A stretch of 64,000 nucleotides of DNA from a virus. Location of the stretch: positions 1 through 64,000 of the IMG/VR virus record IMGVR_UViG_3300023223_000669. One strand, written 5' to 3'. The notes beneath the pieces were generated by a model. The model did not search any database, was not told the DNA's origin, and saw only the letters and a program-made list of their open reading frames with translations. Below are positions 9,280 through 19,160 of this stretch, piece after piece. Made by a program: the position numbers and the translations under genes. Within the stretch, counting starts at the first letter, position 1. Each line of letters begins with the position of its first letter.

Positions 9280-10396
9280 TTGGTAAATCTATAATATCTC
9301 TAAAAACGATGCCTACCGGGAATCTTGGCAAACAATCGTCCGTCCTATCAAAAAAACGTACAGTCAACATTTTACCAATGTATTGATCGGCTTCCTGATA
9401 CATACGTCGTCTTTCCTGCATCGTAGTTTTCATCGTGCATTCAAAAGTACGATCATTGTTGTCGTTCCGGCAGACAAACACCACGCAGCCCGCCATCTTG
9501 CCCTTGCCGTCGCGAGCACCAGTGACTTCGAACTCGTCGTCTTGAAACTGCTTCACTTTCAAGAGTTCTGCTGAGCGATAACCCCAAAGGTATAAACCTT
9601 CGTATCCCCTCAAAATTGCCCCTTCATAACCCGCCTGAATAAAGTTACCATGCTGTTCCCAAAGGGCCTGTTCGTCTTGTACGGTTTTGCTACGTACAAT
9701 TTGAACACAAGCGGACTCAACTACCACGGTTTCAAGATGGTAACGACGACGACTCCAGGCGAGAGAATCATCACCTTCAATCATTGGCATGTCATATACG
9801 TGATAGACAAGCTGTTCGCTTTCGGGCTTGTATGATTTTCCGTTAGGATCGGCAGATTTCGCCCATGATGTGATACGCTGGCAAGATTCGCCATGCACAT
9901 AAATCTCGCCGTCCAGGACTGTACCTTCTGGTAACCAATTAGCTAGTTGCTCAGCAATAATCGGTAGAGTCCAGGGCTTGCCCTGGCGGGAGGTAAGCGA
10001 AATCGTGCCATCCTCAGCCCTTTGGGCTAAGCATCGTACACCGTCGAGCTTAGGTTGAGCGTCTCCGGGCCACACAAACTTCTTCTTTTTCGAGCCTTTA
10101 TACCCATGAGCTAACATAGGCAAGGGTAGTTGCTCCTGAGCCGCCTCTGGCGTCTCGCTGTATTTTCTTTGGACCTTGTAGGTCCAAAGGGCCTTGGCTT
10201 CCAGATCAGCTTGTTCCTCAGGTAAGGTCTCGTTGGTCTTCCCAACATTCTTCGGTACGGCCACCTTCGGCTCAGAGGTCTGGAGCTTACCGTTAACCTG
10301 GCCGTACCGAGTGAAGATTTCATCGCCCACGGTCCAAATTTCCCATTGGCGGAGGTCTCCGCCTTTGGCCTTATGATACAGAATCGGATATTTCAT
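9269..10396 (-). CDS. ATP-dependent DNA ligase
   Basis: LPMLA, QPKLDGVRC, LDGEIY, YHVYD, GYEGAILR, LLKVK, C-terminal OB with RFP; WGR-like N-terminus. Confidence 0.92.
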   Translation of the reverse strand: MKYPILYHKAKGGDLRQWEIWTVGDEIFTRYGQVNGKLQTSEPKVAVPKNVGKTNETLPEEQADLEAKALWTYKVQRKYSETPEAAQEQLPLPMLAHGYKGSKKKKFVWPGDAQPKLDGVRCLAQRAEDGTISLTSRQGKPWTLPIIAEQLANWLPEGTVLDGEIYVHGESCQRITSWAKSADPNGKSYKPESEQLVYHVYDMPMIEGDDSLAWSRRRYHLETVVVESACVQIVRSKTVQDEQALWEQHGNFIQAGYEGAILRGYEGLYLWGYRSAELLKVKQFQDDEFEVTGARDGKGKMAGCVVFVCRNDNNDRTFECTMKTTMQERRRMYQEADQYIGKMLTVRFFDRTDDCLPRFPVGIVFRDIIDLPSEY

Positions 10397-11184
10397 ATTC
10401 CCATTCTCCGTCAGGAGCGATGATTTTAATAGCCTGAACCGGGCTAGTGATTACGATTTTGGTTCCAACGGTAGGATGGCTTATTTCGATGTGCATATAG
10501 ATACCGATCCATTTGATCTTAATTATGGACCCGCCCCAGGTTGAGCCACCGATGTTTACCTCAGTGGGTGCGGCGAAATAAGAGCCACCATCGACCATGA
10601 ACTTGCCATTTTCAAGCACTTCAATCTTGTAAAGAGTATTGAGCGTTTGTGCTTCGATTTTGGTGCCAGGCTTTAGGTCGTCTAGTTTGACGCCGCCTAG
10701 CCTCTTCTGTTCGTCGATACGCTTCTGAATTTCAGGGTGTAGATTCATTTTGCTCTCTACGCTCGCAGGGTGTATGGCAGGCCCGGAAAGAATTGCACTC
10801 TCATCTGATGATTCGTAGTCACCCATTCTGGTCTGTTGAACTACGGGCCCTCTTATGTTCTATTATACCGCAAGAAACGCCTTTGTCAAGGCTTTTCTTG
10901 CGAAGATGGTCGGGAATCTGAGGGTCGAACTCAGGGTTTCGGCTCATGAGACCGATGTGTTACCGCTACACCAATTCCCAATGTTTCACAATCGTCATGA
11001 CGGTTTCTACTTCTACAACATGACAGTCTTTCAAGCTATCGAAAAAGCCAATGACGATTTTTGCTCTTTCAAAGGAAGGATAGCTCGTCACGTCGGCAGC
11101 TTTGTGACCACAAGTCCATCCACCCTCGGTCATGTGGACATACGACTTTGTAGCAGGGCTGTAAATGAGAAATCTTGTCATTAG
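10371..11184 (-). CDS. two small hypothetical proteins (about 10371-10748 and 10966-11181)
   Basis: Co-oriented ORFs; sigma70 promoter at 10862-10889 between them. Confidence 0.5.
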
Positions 11185-12014
11185 AATAATACCGATGCTA
11201 GGAGTGCCATGCGTACTTGCACTCCGTATCCAATTTGTTTGAAGAAAACTGCTCGTGGATCGTTCTCCACTTCCTCGGGTAGCTCTGCTGTCCGAGGAAG
11301 AGGGTGCATGATAATTGCCTCTTTTTTTAGAAGAGGCAGCATAGCTTTTTCAATACCGTAGTAGTGATGTTCCGGGTGAAAATGTCTATGACCATTATCA
11401 ATACGCTCTTTTTGTGGACGAGTCATATAGATAACGTCCGCTTCGCGGAGTGCCGCTTCGTCTACAGACTCCAGCAGGCTTCGCTTAATGACTTCTACAT
11501 CGTATTGTTCTAGAAGCGTGGTCAGCGAGTTGACCGTGCGAGCGTGGTCGATATCTCCCCAGATCAGGATTTTGTTGCCATCGATCTGACCTTTTTCCTG
11601 CCGGATCGTGTAAAGATCCAGTAAAGCCTGCGTTGGGTGATGGCCTACACCATCGCCAGCATTGATCACCGGCACAGTGGAAACTCTTGCTGCTTCTTCT
11701 GCGGCACCACGGTCAGGGTGTCGCAACACAATTACATCGCCGTACTGGCAAACCACCTTCACGGTGTCGTGCAGGCTCTCGCCTTTCGCCACTGAGGCAT
11801 TTTCAAAGGCGTTTTCTACACTGAGCGTGCGTCCTCCTAGGCGTAGGGCCGCACACTCAAACGAAAGGCGAGTGCGGGTGGACGGCTCATAGAATAGTGA
11901 AACCAGCACGAAAGGCCGTCCGGTTGCGGTCAGCACGTTTGTGCTGTCCGCCAGCGTGAAAAGCGTTTCGATGCTCTCTCTGTCAAATTGGTCAGACTTG
12001 AGAATGTGTTTCAC
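11181..12014 (-). CDS. pyrB: aspartate carbamoyltransferase catalytic subunit
   Basis: SLFYEPSTRTRLSFE, KGESLHDT, VINAGDG, HPTQALLD, MHPLPR. Confidence 0.95.
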   Translation of the reverse strand: MKHILKSDQFDRESIETLFTLADSTNVLTATGRPFVLVSLFYEPSTRTRLSFECAALRLGGRTLSVENAFENASVAKGESLHDTVKVVCQYGDVIVLRHPDRGAAEEAARVSTVPVINAGDGVGHHPTQALLDLYTIRQEKGQIDGNKILIWGDIDHARTVNSLTTLLEQYDVEVIKRSLLESVDEAALREADVIYMTRPQKERIDNGHRHFHPEHHYYGIEKAMLPLLKKEAIIMHPLPRTAELPEEVENDPRAVFFKQIGYGVQVRMALLASVLF

Positions 12015-12474
12015 GCCGCAGTATAGCCTACCGCGATCACGTTGTCAAGAGAGATATTCAGTATCTTCTAGCACAATCAGCTTTCTTACCCGGACACTGG
12101 TGATTGTATGAACTCCGTATTCGCCGCAAGGAACGTGATCCATGAATTCTTCAAGTACTTCGATATCGATGTCGGAATACATTTCCATGGGGCGAGGGTC
12201 TTGTCCATATTCAGAAGTAACCCAATTGTAGTGTCCCTTGGCCTTGAGTGCTTCGATCAACGGCATCAAACGATCTAGCTGTTCTTGTTTGATAATCCAA
12301 GTCTCTTTAAGATAATCAGCGTCGTTCGTGTCAGCAGTAATGTTTAGTTCTAGGATGGGTTCTTGCATGGTCATATTATAGCCTATCGCGGTCACTTTGT
12401 CAAGAAATTTCTTGAGTATCTGATAATGCGATTCGTAAAAGACTAAGAAATCACAGCTAACACCGGGGTTGTTT

Positions 12475-12561
12475 TGGAGACCGGGGTGAGAATCGAACTC
12501 ACCTATCGGCTTTCGCCTTATGGTTTTGCAGACCATTGCCTACCCACTCGGCCACCCGGCC
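12475..12561 (-). tRNA. tRNA-Cys(GCA) with unusual long variable arm
   Basis: ATGGT-CTGCAAA-ACCAT, U73, CCA; 17-nt variable region containing GGC-GAAA-GCC. Confidence 0.85.
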
Positions 12562-12595
12562 TTTCAAAAAACGCTACAAGTATCCAATGTTACTA

Positions 12596-13078
12596 TTAGG
12601 TCCACATATATGGGGACAGGTCAATGATCTCTTTACACTTGTCGAGCAATTCTTTTTGATATTTTTCTTCTTCTTGAAAAGAATTCATATCGTTTAGTTC
12701 TTCTTCTGATAAATTCCAGGGATACCATTCGTCGTATTCCTCGGTCCACCATTTGTATAAGGTTTCCATGCGGTCTCGTGCGTCGGCTTGGTCGGGGAAA
12801 GCATCCCAATCGACGTGTCCGTCTCGAAGTTCCTTCTCGACAAAATCACAGAGCATTTCGAAAAGCACATGGGGAATTAAATGAGTTTTATCACTCCATG
12901 TGTGCCCCAGCTTGCGAGGTTTGACTGTGGTGTAACGATGCCAAGCCCAGCATTTAAAGCAATACCAAATCTGGCCGGGTCTCCACTCGTAAGGGACAAC
13001 CCTCCAGTAACAGGATTCAATTTTTTCGAATAGTTTCATTGTTTTGGTTGGAGCGGTGAGACTTGCACTCACTGTCAT
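12596..13078 (-). CDS. hypothetical phage protein (Trp/acidic-rich)
   Basis: 160-aa ORF. Confidence 0.6.
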   Translation of the reverse strand: MTVSASLTAPTKTMKLFEKIESCYWRVVPYEWRPGQIWYCFKCWAWHRYTTVKPRKLGHTWSDKTHLIPHVLFEMLCDFVEKELRDGHVDWDAFPDQADARDRMETLYKWWTEEYDEWYPWNLSEEELNDMNSFQEEEKYQKELLDKCKEIIDLSPYMWT

Positions 13079-13102
13079 TAAGATATAAGCTTAACGGCTC
13101 TA

Positions 13103-13564
13103 CTATTTTGCCTTCGCTCCGATATGTTCAATTAAAGATGCTAGATCAGACACTTGTTCTATCGAGTAGTGCCGACATACCATATCAACATTACCTTTTC
13201 TCCAAAAGCCGTCCTCGCAACACACGATAATGGCCTTATCCATATCAGTAGCATGTAGTCCTAATTCTAGTAATGTAATTGGAGATTTCGTGTTAGGATC
13301 AAAATAGAATATGATAAGATTAGCAGCATCCATTGCATCAATTTCCCACTGAACCTGTTGAACAAAACGATAATCTTCAAGTGTATTGCCCCACGAACTA
13401 TCCCAATCTTTGCGACGAGGATTGAGAATCGTGAGATCTACATCATGTAATTTAGTGATGACTTCATCTTGCCAATGTATAGCGGTGTCCTGTTCAATAC
13501 TGCCTGCTAGAAAGACAGAGAAGCCTTGAGGAAAGATTGGTTGGGGTGCGTAAATGACTTTCAT
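13103..13564 (-). CDS. nucleoside 2-deoxyribosyltransferase-like protein
   Basis: VFLAGSIE, WQ, LNPRRKDWD, QVQWE, KSPITLLELG, GFWRKGNVD. Confidence 0.85.
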   Translation of the reverse strand: MKVIYAPQPIFPQGFSVFLAGSIEQDTAIHWQDEVITKLHDVDLTILNPRRKDWDSSWGNTLEDYRFVQQVQWEIDAMDAANLIIFYFDPNTKSPITLLELGLHATDMDKAIIVCCEDGFWRKGNVDMVCRHYSIEQVSDLASLIEHIGAKAK

Positions 13565-13775
13565 TTTTAAGCTTATTTTTCGAGTAAAGATTTGTTTTCT
13601 ACTATAATTCCAGGTTGAACATCTGGCTCACTGAAATGTGGATATCTGATATCTCCCAAGGGAATATCCATACATTCGCAACCATGACGGAATGCTTCCT
13701 CGCCTTTCCCGTTACATAGCCAAGCAACAAAGTTATCGTAAAGCTGTTCTGTATCAAATCTGATGGTAAGTTCTT

Positions 13776-14114
13776 TCATAGTGATTTATACGTGTTGCCC
13801 TTTTGGATTTCGTGGATAGTTGTTTTGCTAACTCCATATTGGTCGGCAATCTGCCGTTCTGTCAAATTAGATCCACGAATTGCAACAACCTGGTTATTTG
13901 TTAGCTTTCGATTATGGGCCTTGCGTCCTTTCAATGTATTCGAAATTTTTCGACGCACAGTATCGCTTGTCGTTTGGCCAAGCCGATGATGACGTGCATG
14001 CTCGGAAAGAGTCATAATTTCTAGATTTGCTATGTTATTATTCTGAGGATTACCATCAATATGATGAACAATTTCGGTAGATAAAAGTTCTCGGCCCAAA
14101 TGAGCTTCCATCAC
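13776..14114 (-). CDS. HNH endonuclease with NUMOD3/HTH tail (start uncertain)
   Basis: VHHIDGNPQNNNIANLE..EHARHH; frame is open upstream to the tRNA-Pro 3' end (EHRLVME). Confidence 0.75.
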   Translation of the reverse strand: MMEAHLGRELLSTEIVHHIDGNPQNNNIANLEIMTLSEHARHHRLGQTTSDTVRRKISNTLKGRKAHNRKLTNNQVVAIRGSNLTERQIADQYGVSKTTIHEIQKGNTYKSL

Positions 14115-14187
14115 TAATCGATGCTCATCTTTGGTTTTTGTTTTACTGACTCTAATCCTCTTATACGTCGCGTAAAATCTAGTTATA

Positions 14188-14258
14188 TCAGGCCACTCAG
14201 AGTTGAACTGAGGCCGAATGCTTCCAAAGCACCCATGCTACCGTAACACCTTGGCCTG
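14188..14258 (-). tRNA. tRNA-Pro(TGG), CCA not encoded
   Basis: CAGGCCA/TGGCCTG, loop TT-TGG-AA. Confidence 0.85.
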
Positions 14259-14260
14259 TT

Positions 14261-14349
14261 TGGCTCCAGGGGGAGGAATCGGACCTCCGGTGGGGTTTCC
14301 CCCGCTTGACTAACAGTCAAGTGGCTTTTCCAACGTCGCCTACCCTGGA
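14261..14349 (-). tRNA. tRNA-Asn(GTT) with unusual long variable arm
   Basis: TCCAGGG/CCCTGGA, G73, CCA; CTTGA-CTGTTAG-TCAAG; variable arm GGGG-GAAA-CCCC. Confidence 0.85.
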
Positions 14350-14712
14350 TCATTGTTCTCTATACTCTTTCAACTCTTGCATCGTCATGTCTTTGATTTC
14401 AAGGTAATGCCAATGCCATACTGTCATACGTTCCATTGTTTCTTCAAAAGATGGACCGCTGATGATTGCAATAAATTTACCACCGCTCGCTAACGGTAAC
14501 CCACCATCCTCTAGTTGTATTACATGGCAGCGTCCCATCGCGAGGTTTTCTTCTTTGGTTTTTCCAAGGACCCACCAGTCACGCTCCGTATAGTGATACC
14601 TGTATTTGATGCCATGAAGTTCTACGACATCATCGATTTCAAGATGTGTCGTAGGTCTCCAAGGGTCCTCATAGTCTTGCCAGTCAGAAATGTCTTTGAA
14701 GTAATCATTCAT
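14350..14712 (-). CDS. hypothetical protein
   Basis: 120-aa ORF whose stop abuts the tRNA-Asn 5' end. Confidence 0.6.
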   Translation of the reverse strand: MNDYFKDISDWQDYEDPWRPTTHLEIDDVVELHGIKYRYHYTERDWWVLGKTKEENLAMGRCHVIQLEDGGLPLASGGKFIAIISGPSFEETMERMTVWHWHYLEIKDMTMQELKEYREQ

Positions 14713-14798
14713 GGTATTGTTTGGTCAGGAGCCGAGGCATCGAACCTCAATCTTGGGAGTCACAGTCCCGTATTTTAGCCATTTAAACTAGCCCCTGT

Positions 14799-14875
14799 TG
14801 GTTGCGGGACTGAGATTCGAACTCAGGCTCTCCGGTTTCAGAGACCGGCGTATTAGGCCGCTATACTATCCCGCT
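14799..14875 (-). tRNA. tRNA-Gln(CTG)
   Basis: CCGGT-CTCTGAA-ACCGG, TTCGAAT, CCA. Confidence 0.92.
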
Positions 14876-15036
14876 AGTTAAAGCTGTCGTGTTTGACTAC
14901 AACTTTCTTCTTTTTGTAGTCTACTCTGATCGTAGTATGACGATCTGGAAATTGATCAGTGATATCCCACCACTCTCCAAACATGAGAACGTGAGTAAAA
15001 CCCATGCTCGACCAACGCATTAATTGTTTATCCATA

Positions 15037-15561
15037 CTATCTCCTGTACCCCGCTTTGATCACACGATCAAGGTCTTTGTTATTATACCATTCGCCTGTC
15101 AAAAGGTAGTGACGACCTCTTGTATACTTCGCGGCCAGCCGTACTTGCTTCTCCACGGGCAGATACGCTAAGCGATCTGGCCGTGAGTTATCTGCCATGT
15201 CTGCAAGCTTAACAGTAATAGCGACAAGAGAATGGTCGTCTCGAATGCGATCTAGATACTGTCGATATGTTTCCTTATGCTTACGCTTCGTGAGTGCGTC
15301 CACGATATCGGCAAGAAAAGGATCGAATCGTACTCGAATATCCTCAAGGGTAATATCGGTATCTTCTACAACATCGTGCAGGAGGGCAGCGATTTGCGTA
15401 TAGCTTTCTTTGTGGGCAACGGAACCCTCAATTGTCATATCTTTGACGGTTTCTGCCACACGAATCGGATGCATAATATAGGGAAAACCAGCTTTATCAA
15501 ACTGGCCGTCGTGTGCCTCTACTGCAAATCGTAGGGCCTTACTGAGTCTTTCTTTTTTCAT
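15037..15561 (-). CDS. HD-domain hydrolase, RelA/SpoT hydrolase (Mesh1/SAH)-like
   Basis: AHDGQFDKAGFPYIMHP, AALLHDVVEDT, VKLADMADN. Confidence 0.85.
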   Translation of the reverse strand: MKKERLSKALRFAVEAHDGQFDKAGFPYIMHPIRVAETVKDMTIEGSVAHKESYTQIAALLHDVVEDTDITLEDIRVRFDPFLADIVDALTKRKHKETYRQYLDRIRDDHSLVAITVKLADMADNSRPDRLAYLPVEKQVRLAAKYTRGRHYLLTGEWYNNKDLDRVIKAGYRR

Positions 15562-15795
15562 TGTACGTTCGGGTGATTTCTTAGTCGTTGTGGACACGGA
15601 GGGCATTGCTCACCATTATATTCCGTAGGTAGACCACCATCTGCTGGATACGTACTAACAAGTACTCCATCGACAATTACTCCAAGACGTTCTGCCTGTG
15701 AAATCGCATCATCCCATGTACGACCTGATAGATAGCCTCCGAATCTGCGACCATCACTAATTTTACGTATATAAGTAAATGTAAACATTGATTTT

Positions 15796-16615
15796 TTATT
15801 TGACATAACTTTCTAGAAATCCAATGAGCTTTTTAGCTTCCTCTCTTGAAAGAATGAAACAATCAAAATGTCCAAAACGTGACCTGCGGCCAAAGATATA
15901 TTGGACAGCACGAATTATACGTTGCCACCATGTACGATTCCACGAGAGCGACACATAAAAATATACTTCGTCAGACCATATGTCGTCTTCGTCCGGTGGA
16001 TCATAAGCCCACTGGAGCGTGTGATCGGGACTTTGACATATACAAATTGAAAAATGTTTTTTACTGTCTTCCATGTTAGTTTGGTGGGCAATGAGTGAAT
16101 CGAACACTCGCCTTTGGTATGTAACACCAACATTCTACCGTTAAACTAATCGCCCTTATAAGACCTCGTGTTCTTCTAAAAGCCATACCTCGTCTTGAAC
16201 CCAATAGTCCCCATTATCAAACAGGATCTCAAGAGACCATCGGCATGGTCCCATTTCTTGCAAACGCACTTCCCAGAGACCCCTTTCCGTTTGTTCCTCT
16301 AAATCTTCTTGTATATCAGTTTCCACAAAAGCTACAGCAGCTTCACGATCAGCAAAGACTTTCTTGATCTGCGGAGAACAATCAGGATCGTCCCAGCCGC
16401 GTCTGACGATATATACTTTCATTTTAAGAGATCAAGTTATAATCAAAGTCTGGTGCAACTTCGAGAAACTCATTCTTAACGTATTCCGCCAGAACACCAT
16501 AACCACATTTGCGACAAAAAAGCATGTTTAAAGCACCATGTAATTCCATCACAGATATATCATGAGGCCGAGTAGGCGATAAACCAGATCCGTCACAAAC
16601 AATTTTCTTCATCAC
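15796..16615 (-). CDS. three small hypothetical proteins (15796-16107, 16156-16422, 16424-16615)
   Basis: Co-oriented short ORFs. Confidence 0.5.
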
Positions 16616-16658
16616 TTATGTAGTGTATTATTGAATCAGAGCGAAAACACTTCTATTT

Positions 16659-16733
16659 TGGAGCCGGTTGGAGGAATCGAACCCCCACATCTAATTTACA
16701 AAACTAGACCTCTGCCACTAAGGTTAAACCGGC
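16659..16733 (-). tRNA. tRNA-Thr(TGT)
   Basis: GCCGGTT/AACCGGC, loop TT-TGT-AA, CCA. Confidence 0.92.
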
Positions 16734-16757
16734 ATTATATTCTAATGGAGATATCTC

Positions 16758-17318
16758 ATGCTAGACAATTATACCCTAGAAACACTTGTTAGTCAAGGAC
16801 TTTCTCAACACGAAATGGCTGAAAAACTCAATTGCAGTCAGTCTCATGTTTTCCGTAGCTTGCGTCACCACGATCTACAGACTAGGTTTACTGGTCGATC
16901 TTCTATTCGCAATTGTATTCAGTGTGATCAGCCATATAAGGCTCATGGCAATAGGCAGAAATATTGCTCTCATACCTGTCAACATCGCTTCGCATATGAA
17001 CGCTATATTGAAAAGTGGCTATGTGGAGAAAAGGATAGCTTAGTTGCTTACTCTATTTCAAATCACATTCGACGCTGGTTGATCGAGCGACGTGGCGAGC
17101 AATGCTGGGAGTGCGGCTGGAATGAAAAACACCCAATTGGGGGCAATGTTCCTTTGGAAGCTGATCATATTGACGGCAATCACAGGAACAATATGCCAGA
17201 AAATCTACGCTTACTTTGTCCTAATTGTCATTCGTTAACCCCTACATACAAAGCTCGTAATAAGGGCAACGGTCGTCACGCAAGACGCGAACGATATCGA
17301 GCAGGTAAAAGTTATTAA
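16758..17318 (+). CDS. HTH/zinc-finger HNH endonuclease
   Basis: CWECGW...LEADHIDGNHRNNMPENLRLLCPNCHS. Confidence 0.88.
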   Translation: MLDNYTLETLVSQGLSQHEMAEKLNCSQSHVFRSLRHHDLQTRFTGRSSIRNCIQCDQPYKAHGNRQKYCSHTCQHRFAYERYIEKWLCGEKDSLVAYSISNHIRRWLIERRGEQCWECGWNEKHPIGGNVPLEADHIDGNHRNNMPENLRLLCPNCHSLTPTYKARNKGNGRHARRERYRAGKSY

Positions 17319-17667
17319 CTGGCGTGTTTTTCTAAGGCATCCACCTGGGATGCGGCCCGCATGGCTACTACATCCTGCATGTCTAATCCTTCTTTTTCTG
17401 CTGCTTCTCGCACTTCTGCCATATAGTGAGCATTTGCACGAATACCAGCAGCAACAATAGTCATTAGTAGCAATCTATTTTCATTCATCTGTTTAACATC
17501 TCTTTTGGAATTTTATAAGGAGTACGACTCTTTGCTTCTCTCGTCTAACCAAGCTCTGTACGGCACATAACACTCCTCGCACATATCACCGAAGGCTGTT
17601 CTTCTGGCAAGCGGCACAGGAGCCTTGATAGATTTCTTACAACCAATACACGTTTTATCTTTCACGA

Positions 17668-18246
17668 TTATCTTAAAAAGGACTCTTCTAATCGTTTGTG
17701 TACCTCGTCGTATCCGTCTTCGATACTGACTAGGTTTGTGTGTAATTCTGATGAGTAGTTGACTACTCCCAATCCTCGTGGTCTATTTTTCAGCCACAAT
17801 TCCATGAAGGGCCAGTAGTCGTCTACGAAAACTCTACCATAGGCAATACGCTTGTCGTCCGTGATATGTAATGTGGCGAAGGGCATGTTTTCACGCACCC
17901 AATCCACCTTTTCCATCCAGGCCCGCGATCCAGTCGTCGGACCTTTCGTCAATACATGGATATCATACCCGATGGACCGGCATATGTCAAGCACTTTCCA
18001 GCCCCATTCTAGGCGAGGAAGATTCCGCCAGAAACCAGGCTCTTTCTTGATGGCTTGAGCACGCTCATACCAGTAATCAGGCATTTGCCAGAGATCCTGC
18101 GGGAATTCTTCTTCTGGCGATTTCATTGCTTTCAAGCGTTCCCGCAGAGGTCCTTGAAAGTTGACAAGGGTTTCATCCATGTCAAACAGGGCGATCTTAT
18201 CAGGATTGAGAGCTTTTGGATTTACGTAGCCTGGGGGTAGACTCAT
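17668..18246 (-). CDS. HAD-family 5'(3')-deoxyribonucleotidase
   Basis: LFDMDETLV, FWRNL, VLTKGP, EKVDWV, VFVDDY. Confidence 0.85.
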   Translation of the reverse strand: MSLPPGYVNPKALNPDKIALFDMDETLVNFQGPLRERLKAMKSPEEEFPQDLWQMPDYWYERAQAIKKEPGFWRNLPRLEWGWKVLDICRSIGYDIHVLTKGPTTGSRAWMEKVDWVRENMPFATLHITDDKRIAYGRVFVDDYWPFMELWLKNRPRGLGVVNYSSELHTNLVSIEDGYDEVHKRLEESFLR

Positions 18247-18799
18247 GCAGTTTTCCTTTGGACATTGTATAGACGATGCCCGCCCGCTCTGTTTTGATTG
18301 ATCGTGCGGCAATACCTGTAGGCGGCACTCTTGCTGGTGAACTCGGCGTTGCCGACCATCCAAGTGTTTGTCATTGTTGTTTTATAGACTTCTTGTTTTT
18401 TCTTTCTAGTTTTGACCATGATATTGCCTTTGTTTGCGGTAAATTGAATTGGTCACCCCAGACAGTTTCGATCTGTCTTCTCCACGTTGAAAGCGTAGTA
18501 TCCTAGCCAGTAGACGATGGGGCGAAGCGGCGTTGAGGATTCCAACCTCTACAGTCCCGAAGACGTTAAGGATTCTAACCTTTACAGCCCTGTATGAGAC
18601 TCCAGGTGATTCTCCTAACCTGACCTCGCCTCGCCAAAGAGACAAGTGGCGAGACGAGGCGTAGGTCGGGAGGTCTGCCCGGAGTGATCTAAGAAGGCTG
18701 GGCTACAGTGTGATCAATGCTTGTACCGATCAGCCAATATTGATCGCTTTAAAGACGTGCTAAATACACATTGCACATATAGTTGATCGCCTTCTTGTT

Positions 18800-18875
18800 T
18801 GGTGGACCGGGGCGGTTACGATCCGCCGATCCCTGATTGCAAGTCAGGAGTTTTACCGATTAGAACTACCAGCCC
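18800..18875 (-). tRNA. tRNA-Ala(TGC)
   Basis: GGGCTGG/CCGGTCC with G3.U70, CCTGA-CTTGCAA-TCAGG, A73, CCA. Confidence 0.92.
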
Positions 18876-19160
18876 ATTCGCCTCGCTCACAAGGCGTTGT
18901 TTCAAGTGGCCTTTTATACTCATACCCAGGAGTAGCTCGAAACTGACCCGCCGAGATCGACCCCCACAACTCACGCCCAGCATTACCTGATAGTGGGGAT
19001 CTCGACCTCTGGTTTCGAGTGAATTATTGGGCTGTTCTCCTATATACTATAGAATGCCTTGCCAGGAGTCTAGAGATTTGAGCACAGCCCACCCCCCAGG
19101 GAGACCGGGGGGTCTGTTTTGTAACCGCTTAGTGTATTTCTATTTGGAGGCAAATCAAAT

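Noticed and set aside
18531-18590. Two similar 24-nt repeats as a possible CRISPR mini-array
   Set aside because: Only two copies, 9-nt gap, imperfect identity, no cas genes; kept only as part of a non-coding structured segment.
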